A stretch of DNA of 64,000 nucleotides from Octopus bimaculoides. Lineage: Eukaryota. The stretch lies in assembly GCF_001194135.2 (NCBI RefSeq), contig NC_068989.1, positions 38,455,181 through 38,519,180 of the forward strand. Reading direction: 5' to 3'. The notes under the pieces were generated by a model. It was given only the letters and a program-made list of their open reading frames with translations. It was not told the origin of the DNA and searched no databases. Positions within the stretch are counted from its first letter, which is position 1; each line of letters begins with the position of its first letter. Both the position numbers and the translations under genes were made by a program. Of this stretch, positions 1 to 12,843 are shown piece by piece.

Positions 1-524
1 AATGTGAAAGAAATTCTAAAAAAAAAAAAAAAAAATGTGAAAAAGCAGAACAAATTGATATTCATTTACACCACTACAAACATTCATCAAACTCAACTAC
101 ATGGACACACAGAGACATTGAATGTATTGAGCATGTATGTGTGTCCTTCACTGTGTGTTTAGTATATTGTAGATCATTTTATAGTTAGTATAATTTTAGA
201 TATATGTATATATGTGCATGTATAGCAGATCAGTAATCCAAAAGTGTAAAGCACTTTCTCACTATATCTTTTTCAGATTATTCAGAGATTCAGTTTCAGT
301 TAACAGAGCAGAATAAAGGTGGATTTTTGGCTATATATATATATCTGTTTGTGAAGTTTTTGTGTTTGTATTTGTTTATTTCATGTTGTTTTTGTTGTAG
401 TAGTATTTATTAAAAGAAATCAATGAAAGTAGTCTTCTATAGTATAGCAATTATATTGTATTACGTGTGATGTTGTCTGTTTTGTTTATATATTCACTGT
501 TTACAATTAAGATATATTATTGTT

Positions 525-720
525 TTTATTTAGCCCTAGGTCAACCCTGATTGTGTAGACTCTTAAATAAAAGCTTTCTAGCAATAGCCATCCTGTCATA
601 TTTTTAGGAATAGTGTATTTCTGACTACAGTATTTCAATGTGTCTTTTGAAGATTTCTGTGGTGTATATTGAAGGATATTTAACAGTTAATTATAAAGGT
701 TGTGCATTTGTGTAGATACT
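525..720 (+). mobile_element. SINE-like interspersed repeat (family D); related copies at ~2295-2470, ~26485-26670, ~27215-27400 and ~40980-41170
   Basis: All copies share the pattern ttag/aaccct.aggtca.ccctgat...aaag(g)c(a)ttc.agc...gaccatc.tgtc followed by gattt...gctgctatt. Confidence 0.6.
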
Positions 721-3520
721 TCCTCATTTGATCAAATGAAAATATTGTGTTATGTATCTTGTAACAACCTGAAGAAAATTAAACTAATTTTAACAATAAC
801 AAAATACTATAATATTACCTCTGACAATAAACATTAAACATATTAACAGCTGTTGTTCTTTATTGGATATCAACTGTTAATATTTGTAATAATTTTTTGT
901 TGCATTATTAACTGAACTCAGAATTTATGAACTAATCATGGTAATATAATACCATGTCTTAACTAAATTACTTTCCACATATACTGGTTGTCACCAAATC
1001 TTACCCAGAAATTCTAATGAAACTCACAACTTTTATCTCAGAGTGACACATTGTTGAACATTTGTAATGCATATAAATTAAATGTTAAATACACAGAACA
1101 GTGTTTTTTCAATACAGATTTGAGTAAAGGTTAGTGCTGCTCAATTACTTTTCCCTATCTTTGTTCTAATCATAATTATTATGTAAATTCCCATATGTTC
1201 ATAATGGTTTTATTAATGTGTTTTACATTTTAAAATACAAATTCCACATTTAAATCTATGTCAGTGGAAATATGTTAGCAGGCTATGATTGATTTGTTCA
1301 AGTGTCCCTTTATTATACACATCTACTGATACAAAATCTACTGATACAACACAAATACCTGTATATTTACACACAATTGCATACTAAAAATACAACTAGA
1401 CACATGTAACTGCTAAAACCACTGCAACAATATTTAAACCTCTCCTAGTTCATAACCTCTAAAGGAGGAAAACTCATTGGATAATGGAAAATAAGAGATG
1501 TATGGAAAAAAAGTTAAGGGTGATCATGGTTAATATATCTTTGACAGGGGCTGAATTACTACTAAATGTACAACTACATAAATACAAACACACAAGCAGC
1601 ACATACCATGTGAAACTATCTATACATAATTGACTATGTTTTTACCAACTCTAGAAATATGAAAGGCAAAGTTGACCTTAGCAGGATTTGAACTCAGAAT
1701 GTAAAGTGTCAGGAAAATAAAACTGCAATGTATTTTGAACAACACATTAATGATTCTACCAAATAATTTGCAAGTAGTTTCACAAAGTATAGAGTACTCA
1801 ATACTTATATAGAGTACAGTTATTGATCAATAGTGGTGAAAGCTGAATACTTGTCCATAATTTAAAACTTTACAGTGGCTTCGAGCTTCATTCATAAAGG
1901 CAATTAGTTGTATTACTAATTATTAAGGAATTTTATTGAAAAAAATTTTAAAAAACATTTAGTAATTTTGATTAATTAAAATTTCTTTGCTTACTAAATC
2001 AAGTATGCTAGGGCTCACTTTATATGATATACCCTTCTTATATCAATTTTTCCATACTGGTGTATGTTGGATGATCTTGTTGCCAATCCTTTCAGCTGTG
2101 ACTCACAAAACGCAGAGAAAGAATGAACCTATTCAACAACCCATGCTCAAATACATTCACACACATGTGTATATATACATATATGTGTCTGTGTGTATGA
2201 ACACACACACATACACACGAATACATGCATATATTGATATTTCTACATTTAGCCTGCCAGTCAAGGACCTTTCTTCAATAAAAATTATATCGCTGTTCTT
2301 TAAACCCTGGTCAGCTCCAAATAAGTAGATTTGCGTACAAAAGTTTTCAAACTGTAGCCATCCTGTCATATTTTTAGGAACTGTTTTTAGAATAATAGTA
2401 TTTCAATGCGTTGATATAAAAAAATATTGTATATTAAAGGAAACTTAGTGGCTAATTGTAACAAGCTGTATTCTGGTGTGAAAGCTTCCCTACCTGCTAA
2501 AATGAAAATATTGTGTTTTATTGTAACAAGTTATTACCCCCCACGAAAAAAGTGAAACCAATTTTGACAATAAGATAAATAAACCAGTCGTCCTCTGACA
2601 ATAAACATTAAGAATCTTAACAGCTGTTGTGCATTATTGGACACCAGCTGTTAATATTAATAATCATTATGGCCACACACTTTGTATTACCTGAACCAAA
2701 GTGACTGTGAACTAGTTAGAGTTCATGTGCAAACTCAATCACTAATAGTAAGTGTTGGTTGTTATCAAATCTTCCCAGTGAATTCTAAGGAAACCCACAG
2801 CATTTATCCCAAAGTGCCACATTGTTGAACAATTGTAATGAATATGAATTCGATGTTAAACAACCAGGTCATTTTTTTTTTAATGCAGTTTCGATCAAAG
2901 GCAAGTGCAGCTCTGCTACTTTTCCTCCATTTTCGTTTTTATTATTTTCATTGTAATCATAACTATTATGTAAATTCCAATATATTTTTAATGGTTTTTT
3001 TTTTTACTGTATTTTAGATCCTTAGATATTGATGCCACACTTTAGCTTCCATCAGAGAAAACATGTCAGTGGAATATGATTTGTTATTCCTCTATTACAT
3101 ACACCTCTTCCTGTAGAATACTTAGACATGCTTCTACACATACACTCTTGCACACACACAAACACAAACAGTTGTACTGATTCACTAATACATACATTAC
3201 ACATATATAAAACTACACTCAAACACATAAACTAATACAATAGTTAAGGGCTACAGAAGTGGTACCTAAATCTCCCTCAGTTCACAATCTAAAATTTTAC
3301 ATATATGACCTATTAGTAGATATTGGAGTCCTAGATACATCATGTAGGGAAAAAGTAGGCTGGTCATGATTATTGCATCATTGTGGTTAGTATGATCACA
3401 CATATACAAACACACAAGTAGTAGATACATGCATGAACATGTAGCTAACTATATATAACATCAATAAGAAACACACACATACACACACACATTTTGCTAC
3501 ATTTAGCCTGCTCTCAAACA
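525..3520. repeat. Old imperfect tandem duplication: copy A ~525-2270, copy B ~2290-3520
   Basis: Shared blocks are collinear: tagccatcctgtcatatttttaggaa (585, 2355), aaatgaaaatattgtgt (733, 2499), cctctgacaataaacatta (818, 2592), ttaacagctgttgt (843, 2617), cacattgttgaaca (1047, 2818), atgtcagtggaa (1258, 3063), and ctacatttagcctg (2243, 3498). Confidence 0.8.
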
Positions 3521-3854
3521 ATGGTTTTTGACTCTTTCACTAGCAGAATTTCCTTTTTATTTAAATAAACTTTTCAATAAAATCCAGGCTTTTGGAAGGT
3601 TTGTTTACTCTGCAAATTTTTGACTTCAGCTTACAAATCATCTGTCCTATCTTCATGGACTCCCAGGGTTTCCTTGACCTCCAGGTAGAATACCACTACT
3701 CAATAGTGATGCATACATATTAACAGATCTTAGAAAATGAATGTCATTCTAATCATATCTGCATTGTCCAGAAGGATAATTTGAGGAGATTTTAAGTAGA
3801 GCTGTATAAACTATATTGCATTTCTATTTCTTTGGACATTTCATTATTGTCATT

Positions 3855-5832
3855 ATCATTATTATATGTTTGCCTTTAGCTTTGTATTTGTACAAGTTGA
3901 CTCCAAGTCTCACCCAGAGACCTCAAGAGACAACAAGTTAGAAGTTAGTGTTATGCCTCGGGTATCATGTATTTAATTTTGCACATAGTATTGTTCTAGA
4001 GAATGTTTAAGAAAACAGAGGAAAATTATAAGTTTGTTTTAAAATTTGAGATTACATAGACAGTATTTTACGTTGGATATGAGCAGTTCCCATGAGCACT
4101 ATCTTTTAAATTTCTGCCATCTTGGAGTTTCCTGGTATCTGAGCTAGGTAGCAATCAGTCCCTTTTGCTATCATTCTTAGGGCACCTATGACAACAGGTA
4201 TTGTTTTAGTCTTGAGGTTCCTCATTTTGCCAATTTCTATTTCAAGATCTTTATACTTGCTCAGGTTTTGATTGTTCTTGACAAATACATTTATATCGAT
4301 TTGGACAGTCATATCAATGAGGAGGCATGATTTTTGCTGAAGTCTTTCAATATAATGTCTGGCCTATTTGCACCCATCTTTCTGTCAGTTTGAATGGTGA
4401 AGTTTCCAAGGAGTGAGATGTGATCCTTTTCAAGCACTGGAGGTGGTTTGTGTTCCCACCAATTTTTATCATGGGGCAGGTCCAGGTTTTTGCAAATTAC
4501 CCAGCGAATGTATTGTGCTGCTCTGTAGGTGCAGACTGCACATGGAGACAACATGATCAATGGTTTCATTTTGTTGTTGACATACATGACATGTTGAGCA
4601 GCTGTCATTCTTTAATATGCTGGCCTGGTAGTTCTTTGTAGGTAGGCATTGATCTTGGGCTATGATAAACCCCTCTGTTTCTGATTTCAAGCCAGAGGCC
4701 ATTAGCCATTGATGGGTAAGGGCTTAGTCACTATCTGCATTATTCGCTCTCTTTGGGTATTTGCCATTGAGAGGTTTTCCATGCCATTTATCAGTCATAA
4801 TATCTAAGACAGCAATTTTAGCACGGGTTTTCAAGCACTTAGATTTTTCTGTGCTTGTTTCTAGTACGTCTAATTCTGGAATTTGTTGTATTTGGAATTC
4901 ACTTAGCTATTCCTTTGCTTGTTTTGTTACTGAGTATGATGATTTCTTGTTTTCAAGCTTTTATACAAGTTTTAACATCCAGTCATCAGAGTATTTCAGG
5001 TAGGTGTCCAGGCCAATTGTGGCAATCTTTATTGTTAATTCCAGTTGTAAAAGTCCACGGCCTCTCTCTTTTCTTGGCAGATAAAGTCATTCTATATCTG
5101 CCTTATGGTGGTGCATTCTCTACATTGTCAACAATTTTCATATTTTTCTGTCAAGATAACATATTTCAGTAATTGATCAGTTAATGATATTGAAACTGTA
5201 AGTCATGACTGGTATGGCTAAAGTATTGATCGCTTTGATTCTGTTTCATGCATTCAGCTCTGTCTTGAGTATTGCCTTTACCCTGCGATAACATTTTCTG
5301 ATCCTTTCCCTCATCACTGAATGTTTGATTCCATCCCCTAGGTATTTGTAGCTCTCTGCTGGTTCTAATTCCTTTATGACATTCTGCTAGTCAAGATTAA
5401 CATTGGATGTTTCTGTCATTTTCCCTTTGATAAAAGTAGCTTTTGCATATTTATCAAGGTCAAATTGCATCCTGTTGTCCTCACTGAATCGTTTAGCAAT
5501 TACTAGTGAGCCCAGTAGTTGTTGGTCATTTTTTGCAAAGAGCTTTAAATCATCCATGTAAATGAGGTGATTTATACTTTTATCAAACATTTTATAACTG
5601 TATTGTACATCATTGAGCAATTTCGAGAGAGGCATTAAGGCTAGACAAAAGAAGAGTGATGATAGAGAGTCACCCTGGAAAATGCCACATGAAATTCTTA
5701 GATCTCCAGCATTAAGAGGTTCATTGTTACTGTTCAAAGTCAGTGTGGTTCTCCATGATCTCATACTTACAGACAAGAAGTTTTGCAGAGTAGGTGCTAT
5801 TTGATAAATTTCCAAATATTTCTTAATCCAGC
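3855..5832 (-). mobile_element. 5'-truncated R4/Dong-clade non-LTR retrotransposon (RT + CCHC + restriction-like endonuclease), pseudogenised
   Basis: Minus-strand translations give the RT motifs GIFQGDSLS and HLIYMDDLKLFAK, the zinc knuckle CHVCQQQNETIDHVVSMC, and the REL domain TDRKMGANRPDII...KYKDLEIEI...IPVVIGAL, ending MGTAHIQRKILSM*. There are many stops and frameshifts. Both ends lie in TAA/ATT-rich tracts. Confidence 0.9.
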
Positions 5833-5860
5833 TATTGTTATTATTATTTTTATTATTATT

Positions 5861-6086
5861 AAGGCAGCAAGCTGGAAAAATTGTTAGCACACTGGGAAAA
5901 ATGCATAGGAGCATTTTGAACGTCCTTACATTCTGAGTTCAAATTCTGCTGAGGTCAACTTTGCCTTTCTTCCTTTCGGAGTCATTGAAATAAGTACCAG
6001 TTGATCACTGGGGTTGATGTAATCAACTAGCCCCTCACCCAAATTTGAAGCTTTGTGTCTTTAGTAGAAATGATTATTATTATTAT
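5861..6086 (+). mobile_element. tRNA-derived SINE, family B
   Basis: aaggcagcaagctgg...ttctgagttcaaattctgctgaggtcaactttgcc...aagtaccagtt...ctggggttgatgtaatcaact...agaaatgattattatt; flanked by (TTA)n on both sides. Confidence 0.85.
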
Positions 6087-6399
6087 TTCTTCTTTCAATT
6101 TTCTTTCCATTTCTTGCTGAGTATTTTTCCAACACCTAGTACAAAAAACAGACTATATATTGATAGGCCATTGAAATAAACACAGCAGATTGTTCAGTTA
6201 CAAAATCAATTGAAATTAACAAAAATCATCATCATCACCAAAAAGTCATTAGCAAAATTAGAAATATTTTGGATTAAAGGAGTTACCTTATGTAACTTAG
6301 TCTCTTTGCCTTTGGACTATAAGACTTTCTTAAGTGGATATTATAAGAACCAGTGTAGTATTCAAGTCAAGTTAATTGTGTAACCTGAAATTTTGAAGA

Positions 6400-6590
6400 A
6401 GCAGGTTAATCAGTTAAATTGATACCAGTACTTGATTAGTACCTTATTTTCTAACCCAGGAGAGCTGAGAGGCAAAGTTATCCTTGACTAGATTTGAAAT
6501 GAGATTGTAAAACCCTGGAACAAATACTACAAGACATTTATTCCTATATTGCTAATTCACTGCTATCCTGCTAATTTGCTGCCCCTCTAA
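6400..6590 (-). mobile_element. Degenerate family B SINE; other fragments at ~1655-1765 (-), ~23700-23770 (-) and ~62065-62200 (-)
   Basis: Reverse complement of the family B core (gaggcaaagtt...gatttgaa). Confidence 0.6.
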
Positions 6591-8621
6591 TAATTTTTTT
6601 GCATAGTTCCAAGAGTAGCAATTTGGGAGGAGTAAAGTGAGTTATATAGGCCCCAGTAAATAGTGATAATGTTCAATTAATTTATCCATTATCTATTTTA
6701 ATATTCTTGTATTGATTTAAACTGTAATAAAGGTGGTGAGTTGTAGAAACTGGGTAAAGTGTTTGGTTTTGTTCTTTTATATACTGTATTTACCAGCATA
6801 AAAGTTACGTATTTAAAAAAAAATTCTTTATGTATAAACAAAAGAAAAATGGTCTTGCATCTAATGCAACTGTATTACAGATGGGAGACCTGGCTCCATA
6901 GACTAGGGAGCTGGATGAGCTTAATACTACGAGATACAATAATTGTTACTAATTAAATACTATTGAAAACATGCCAAAACAACACAGTCTGTTAGCACGA
7001 ATTTACGAAAAATTGCTTAAGGTATGTCAATAGTTATATGGGAAAGGCACATCATCTCATTAGACCTCCTTCCTCAACATACATAACCCACACCTGTTAT
7101 ATATCTTACATTATTTAATGATTATTATTTACCTTAAGTCTGTTACCATTAAGTAAGTTTTTAATTATCTGAATGAAAAATTCTAGAAAGAAGAATGAAA
7201 TGTTAAATTTTCATCCACCTGTCAGCTGTTTCCAATGAGTGGATGACAGCAAAACCATAATGGGGTGTACAAAACTGGTGGTTGATCGCAGTGACACAAA
7301 ATATCAATCAGAAATATAAGTTTTACATCCAGTACAGCAATTCTCTTGACCAAATTATAAACAACTACACAGTTGATCTGAAAGATGATAATGTTGAAAT
7401 ATTGTACACACAGAATGTATTTTATTTATGATAAATTTATGGTTTCATACATTACTCCAATGTTCTTTAACAATGTGTTATTTACATTTTCCCCTTACAT
7501 CTCTTTAAGAAAGCTTTCAGTAAGTGTGTAATGAAACCTACTCAATATGTTTTTCCTCATATATAATTGTAAAATAGGGATTCTTTCTGCAAGAACGCAT
7601 TTTATATGCTGGCAAATATGATATATAAGTTCAAATTTTACCATGACAGATTACGTTTTTTTTTATTTTCTGTAGATTCATTAAGTAAATAACCATTTAT
7701 ATAATGCATGAATTTCTGCATCATCTTATGGTAAACAGCACACCTAGATGTCTTAATGTTCAAAACATTTTTGGATATTTAGATTAAAAATATTTTTATA
7801 TTTTAATAGATTTTCCTGATTATACATCAATTTATGCGTATTATTTTCTTTTATATTTTTTCCTAGAGATTATTGCTCATTGATGTCCATTGGGAGTAAT
7901 ATATGTCAGGAGACAACCTTTTGTCTGACAGTCCTTTAGAAATATCAAATAATGTCATTATGTCTCTGTGAGAGAGAAGCAGCCTATCCTGTAGTACTTA
8001 GTGGGGCTTAGCATATGTTAAACAGCTTTGATGCATGCATGCACGCACACATATATGTACAAATAGTACTGCACTAAATGACTTTTAAATATATTATCAT
8101 ATAGGAAATTTTCTATTACTGTTTTTATGTGTCTTCATACAATATTTATCAATAATATGCTTTAATATATTTACTGAAGTGCACTAAATGCTACTGGGAT
8201 TGTTGTTCTGTGACAATTCAGAAATGTTAATTTCCAATTCTTTGTACATGACTCTTTGATCAAATTACTTTGTTCAGATTTTATGATATTAAAAAAACCA
8301 GGACAGTTTTTTTCTTTTCTTCTTAGTTCTTTAATATGGTCACTCTATTGTATCTAATTTTATATTCCACTAAATTTCTTTCACCCAGTCCTTTCTTTGT
8401 TGAAATTCCTGTCAGAACCATCAATACCTTGTCTTGTCTTGAGAATTGCCATTAATTTTTGTATGAAAATGTCATTCCACAAGTTTTCTTTTACAGCTCT
8501 TTGTATAATTTTACTGCTTTTTACTACTGTTCAAGAATTTTCACCACAAATGTTTCTTAGGGTCAAATGTCTCTTGATTTCTCTAGCCGGTTTCATCTTC
8601 GAAGTGAATGTTATTTTCTAT

Positions 8622-8790
8622 AGCTGTGTGGTTAAGAAGTTCACTTTGCAACCACATTGTTTTGGATTCAGTTCTACCATATAGCACCTTAAGCAAGTAT
8701 CTTCTACTATTGCCCTGAGCCTACTAATGCCTTGTGAATGGAATTAGTTGACTGAAAGTATATGGAAGCCCATCATATGTGTGTGTGTGT
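8622..8790 (+). mobile_element. tRNA-derived SINE, family A (5' part)
   Basis: gctgtgtggttaagaagt...ggattcagttct...gcaccttaagcaagtatcttctactat...ccttgtgaatgga, followed by (TG)n. The cttgggcaagt motif resembles the start of the CORE domain. Confidence 0.8.
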
Positions 8791-9344
8791 GTGTATATAT
8801 ATATCTTCATGTAAGTGTGTATATGAGCACTATTGTTGAGATAAAAACAACTTGACTTTTGTTTTTGAAGAAATGAAATATTTAAAAAAATCACTTACTT
8901 GTGAAACAGGTAACAGTTTGCAACCAGAAGGGCCTCCATCTGTGAAATGCTGCTTAAATAACTCACTGTCCAGCCTAGCATGGAAAAATGAACATTAAAT
9001 GGACAAATGAATTTATATTGGACCAGTAGTTGTTTTCATCCTATATTATAGAGCAACTTCTCATGTTATTTTAAAATCTGTGAGTAGTATCTGTCATGTA
9101 CTGGGCAGGTATATGATGGCACTTTGGGAATGCTTACTCTCATATCTATTCTAATTTAGCCATACATCCTCTGCCATTTGTGTAAAGCATTTCTATTTAA
9201 ACATGCCAATAACACGTTTATGTCCATTTAGTTATGTTTTTCACTACTGCAGCTTATCCATTAGACTTTGTATCATTTATAAGTCTCTCTTTGTAGGCTC
9301 CATCTATTCTACGTTGTTGTGGAACTTATTTCATTGTTTCTGGT

Positions 9345-9692
9345 GTTATTTTAGATTTTGTGTTTACTGTATCTTCAAACAAAAATCGAGTATAAGATGC
9401 ATCAGATGTAGTGTGCAAGAGAGAACATTGTGCTAATATGGCCATGTGTAAAGAAGTGAAAATCTTTAACTGTGGAGGGAACCTGTGGAAGGGGTAGACC
9501 AGGAAGTCATGGGATGAGGTGGTGAAATGTGACCTTTGGATGTTGAGTCTCATGGTGGTGATGACAAGTGAACAAGACCTTTGGCAATTTGCTGTGCTTG
9601 AGAAGACATGTCAAACCAAGTTAAATCATAGTCATGATTTAACTTGTGCTGGTGACACATAAGAGGCCTCAGACACTAAATGATGATGATGT
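9345..9692 (+). mobile_element. RTE LINE 3' fragment with (GAT)n tail
   Basis: gatgcatcagatgtagtgtgcaagagagaac...ggaaggggtagaccaggaagtcatgggatgaggtgg matches the RTE ORF end at 58050-58165; it ends taaatgatgatgatg. Confidence 0.75.
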
Positions 9693-10794
9693 GCCAACTA
9701 TATTTTGTGGGGGTTATGTTATTTTATTAATGAGTGTTTTGTGTTTCATGTGTTATAGAAGTCAGGTAGTGTATTATGTATTATGTCATTGGTGATGAAT
9801 ATATATATATGATAGTGTGTTGTATTATTTATTGGATGGTGATTGAGTAAAGAATGTGCTTGTTTCATAGAGTATGTATTTTGAAGGTTGTTCAGAAAGC
9901 ATACTGTATTTGTTGCGTTATTGAATTGTATCTTGCACGTGGGAAGTTCTTATTAATATTGTTTTTATTATTACTCGTAATATATGTGCTTTGGGTAACA
10001 GTATATTTTGTGTAGCTTTTTTATGGTTTAAATAATTTTATGATATCAGTGGCCATATTCTTTCCTCGTTTTTTTTTGCTTTTAATTGCCCTATAACACC
10101 TGTTATTACAGAGATTATGTTTCCCAAACCTATATTGTAATTATTTCCAAGTCCTTCCACTTATGGAGTTCTGCTATTTATTTAAGATGATTTGTATCAG
10201 AATGAAATCATTTGTTTTCAAGTGATTTTCTTTTCTCTTTGTAGTTCTCAGCAATAAAGCTGGCTAGTTTATTGATACCTCTTAGTCAGTGTGTACAGCA
10301 ATGTCTCACAGTGTCACTTCTTCATCGTCCCCATATTACTGTGTGGTGTGGATTTGAATCACCTATTTTCTCAGCTATTACTCTGTATTAAGCACAAATA
10401 TGACGTGCTGATAATATTCAAGTGTATTTTTTCTCATTTGTTTTATAAAATTGTATCAAATGTTAATAATATTTTCCAGGCTATGTGTAATCTCTCTTAC
10501 ACAAATGCATTGCTCTCAATGTCTTTATTTAAGAATGTCTTTACAGGCTTCCTCTTGGTTATCTTTTTATGTTTCTTCATTGCAAGAGGGTTATCACCAT
10601 CACCATTATAATTATTATTATAGTTGTTGTTGTCATTATTTTCATCATCATCATCATTATTATTATTATTATTATTATTATATGCTTCCACTGCACATTT
10701 GAGTGCATACAAGCATTGTCTTAATTATTCTATGGAATATGTGTAGTATGACATGCAGTGTGCTGTTTTCTTTAGTATTATAATTATTTGGTAG

Positions 10795-10975
10795 TAGATT
10801 GACTGAACAGTTAGTGATAGGAACCACGCCTACTGTATTTGTTCTGGCTCTTTGCATTCTGAGTTCAAACCCTGTTGCAGTTAACTTTGCCTGCCAACCT
10901 TTTGAGCTTGATAAAATTAAGTACTAGTCAGGTACTGAGGATGTTGTAATCAACTTATCACCTCCACCCAAAAGT
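10795..10975 (+). mobile_element. Family B SINE
   Basis: gcattctgagttcaaaccctgttgcagttaactttgcc...aagtactagtc...gatgttgtaatcaactt. Confidence 0.7.
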
Positions 10976-11304
10976 GATGGTTTTTTCCCTAAATCAGAAA
11001 TCGTCACATCATTATTCTCCTCCTCATCATCATGTATGTTTTCTACACTTTTATGCAATTTCTTACTGCATTTTTTGTTGCATTTCTGTCTTTTGGTGGT
11101 ATAGAAGTGTTTTTGGAAACTATAACAACTTTGCTCTGTTGTGGGATTTGTTTTTTTTTGTTTTTTTTTTGTTGTTTTATCTATTGGGAATATTATGTCC
11201 AATGAGTTGTGTTATATGTTTTAGTGTCAATGGTGAATGTATTTGATGTATACTGTATGAGTCGTATTATATTAGTGGGTGGCAACTGTGCAGCATTTTC
11301 TTTA

Positions 11305-11960
11305 TCAGTCATCATCATCATTTAACATCAGTTTTCCATGCTGGCATGGCTTGGACGGCTTGACTGGAACTGGAAAGGCCAGGGAGCACATCAGGTTTCA
11401 CAGCCTATTTTGGTTTTGTTTCTATGACTGGATACCCATCCAAATGCCAATCACTCCAGAGAGTGTACCACTGCTTTTTTATGTGGCACTGTTACCAAGA
11501 CCCACACCAATGCTTTTCACGTGGCACCTTGATTTCAGTGTTGTGTATATTGGTATCAATGCCATGTATATTGTGTACAGTGGTGCTATTTTACTGAATG
11601 GTGGTTGCATAGAGTATGTGTTGTGTTATATTGCTTGATGGTGTTCCATTGGGCATGTGTTGCGTGAGTTGTGTCAGTGGATGGTGATTATACAAGGTGT
11701 TTGTTGTGTTATATTGTTTGTTTGGGTTCCATGGAACATGTGTTTTATTATTGGTGGTAGTTGCCATCATTTAACGTCCTCTTTCCCTACTGGCATGTTG
11801 GTTTGATAGGGAAATGCTGAGCTGAAGGAGTGCATCAAGTTCCATTGTAATCTCAGGCATAATTTCTATGACTGGATGCCCTTTCTGATGCCAACCACTT
11901 TACATGGTGCTTTTTCTTCATGACACTGTTACTAGTGAGGCTGCCATGTAACTTGCAAGA
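11305..11960 (-). mobile_element. Two RTE 3'-UTR copies (family C): 11305-11530 and 11765-11960
   Basis: catcatcatttaac.tc..tttccatgctggcatgg..tggacgg.ttgac...ggatgccct..c.aatgccaaccactt is the reverse complement of the RTE tail seen at 58597-58676. Confidence 0.8.
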
Positions 11961-12427
11961 CAGCAAAGAAAAGAGGAAAAAGGAAATGGAAAAAGCTCAC
12001 ACTACTAAAAAGGAGTATTTTGGAAGGAAAGGTGTTAGTGGGTAGATGTATGCCAGGTGTTGAAAGACAAGCACAGATGTTTTGCTATAGAAGAGATACA
12101 TGGCTATAGGAGATAAGAGGAATGTAGTGATAATGTGTTATATTGTTAGGTGGTATTCCATAAAACATGTGTGAGTTGCATTATTAATGCTGATTGTATA
12201 GCTGTGTGTTGCTGCATTGTTTAGCGATATTCTATAGGATGTGTGTTGAGTGAATTTTGTTATTTTATATGGTGGTGATTGTATAGGTATATGTGGCATG
12301 TCTATTTTAGTTGTCCTGTTAAACTGAAAATGTCTTGCATAGGATGTTGAGTGTGCCACATTGGGTTATTGTCTGGACTGTATAATGTTGTGAGACCTGA
12401 TATAGATTGTATACTGTTATTTACATA

Positions 12428-12843
12428 CAAAGTTGTTAGCAGTTCAAATATGCTTGAGGCATATTCGAACTTGTAAGAAAGCCATTTGAACTGGTAATGA
12501 CTTTGTATTTATACAAATCACTGTTTAGCACTGTCATCCCATATTTTGTTTATAGTAAACTGCTGATTAATGTTACCAGTCATTGAACAATGACGGGAAT
12601 ATCATGAGAGAGACAATCTCTCTCACATCAGCTCACAGCAGTCTGGTTTCTGTGGCTGAAGAGGAGGTAACCACTCCAAAATGCATGCATCCCACAGTCT
12701 GGTTAGGTGGCACTGTGAGCTAGTTTGGTGTATTTACACCCATTTGTCTGCAGCAATAGATTTTCTTCATGACAAAACACAGTGAATAGATTTCTTACAA
12801 GTTTGAATATGCCTCAAGCATATTTGAATGGGTACCAACTTTG
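12428..12843. mobile_element. MITE with ~55-bp TIRs and TA target-site duplication (Tc1/mariner type)
   Basis: The left end TA|caaagttgttagcagttcaaatatgcttgaggcatattcgaacttgtaagaaa matches the reverse complement of tttcttacaagtttgaatatgcctcaagcatatttgaatgggtaccaactttg|TA. Confidence 0.8.

Noticed and set aside
6881-7021. Exon-like segment (tacAG…aagGTATGT, 141 bp)
   Set aside because: There are stops in all three frames and the polypyrimidine tract is weak. A non-coding exon cannot be excluded without RNA data.
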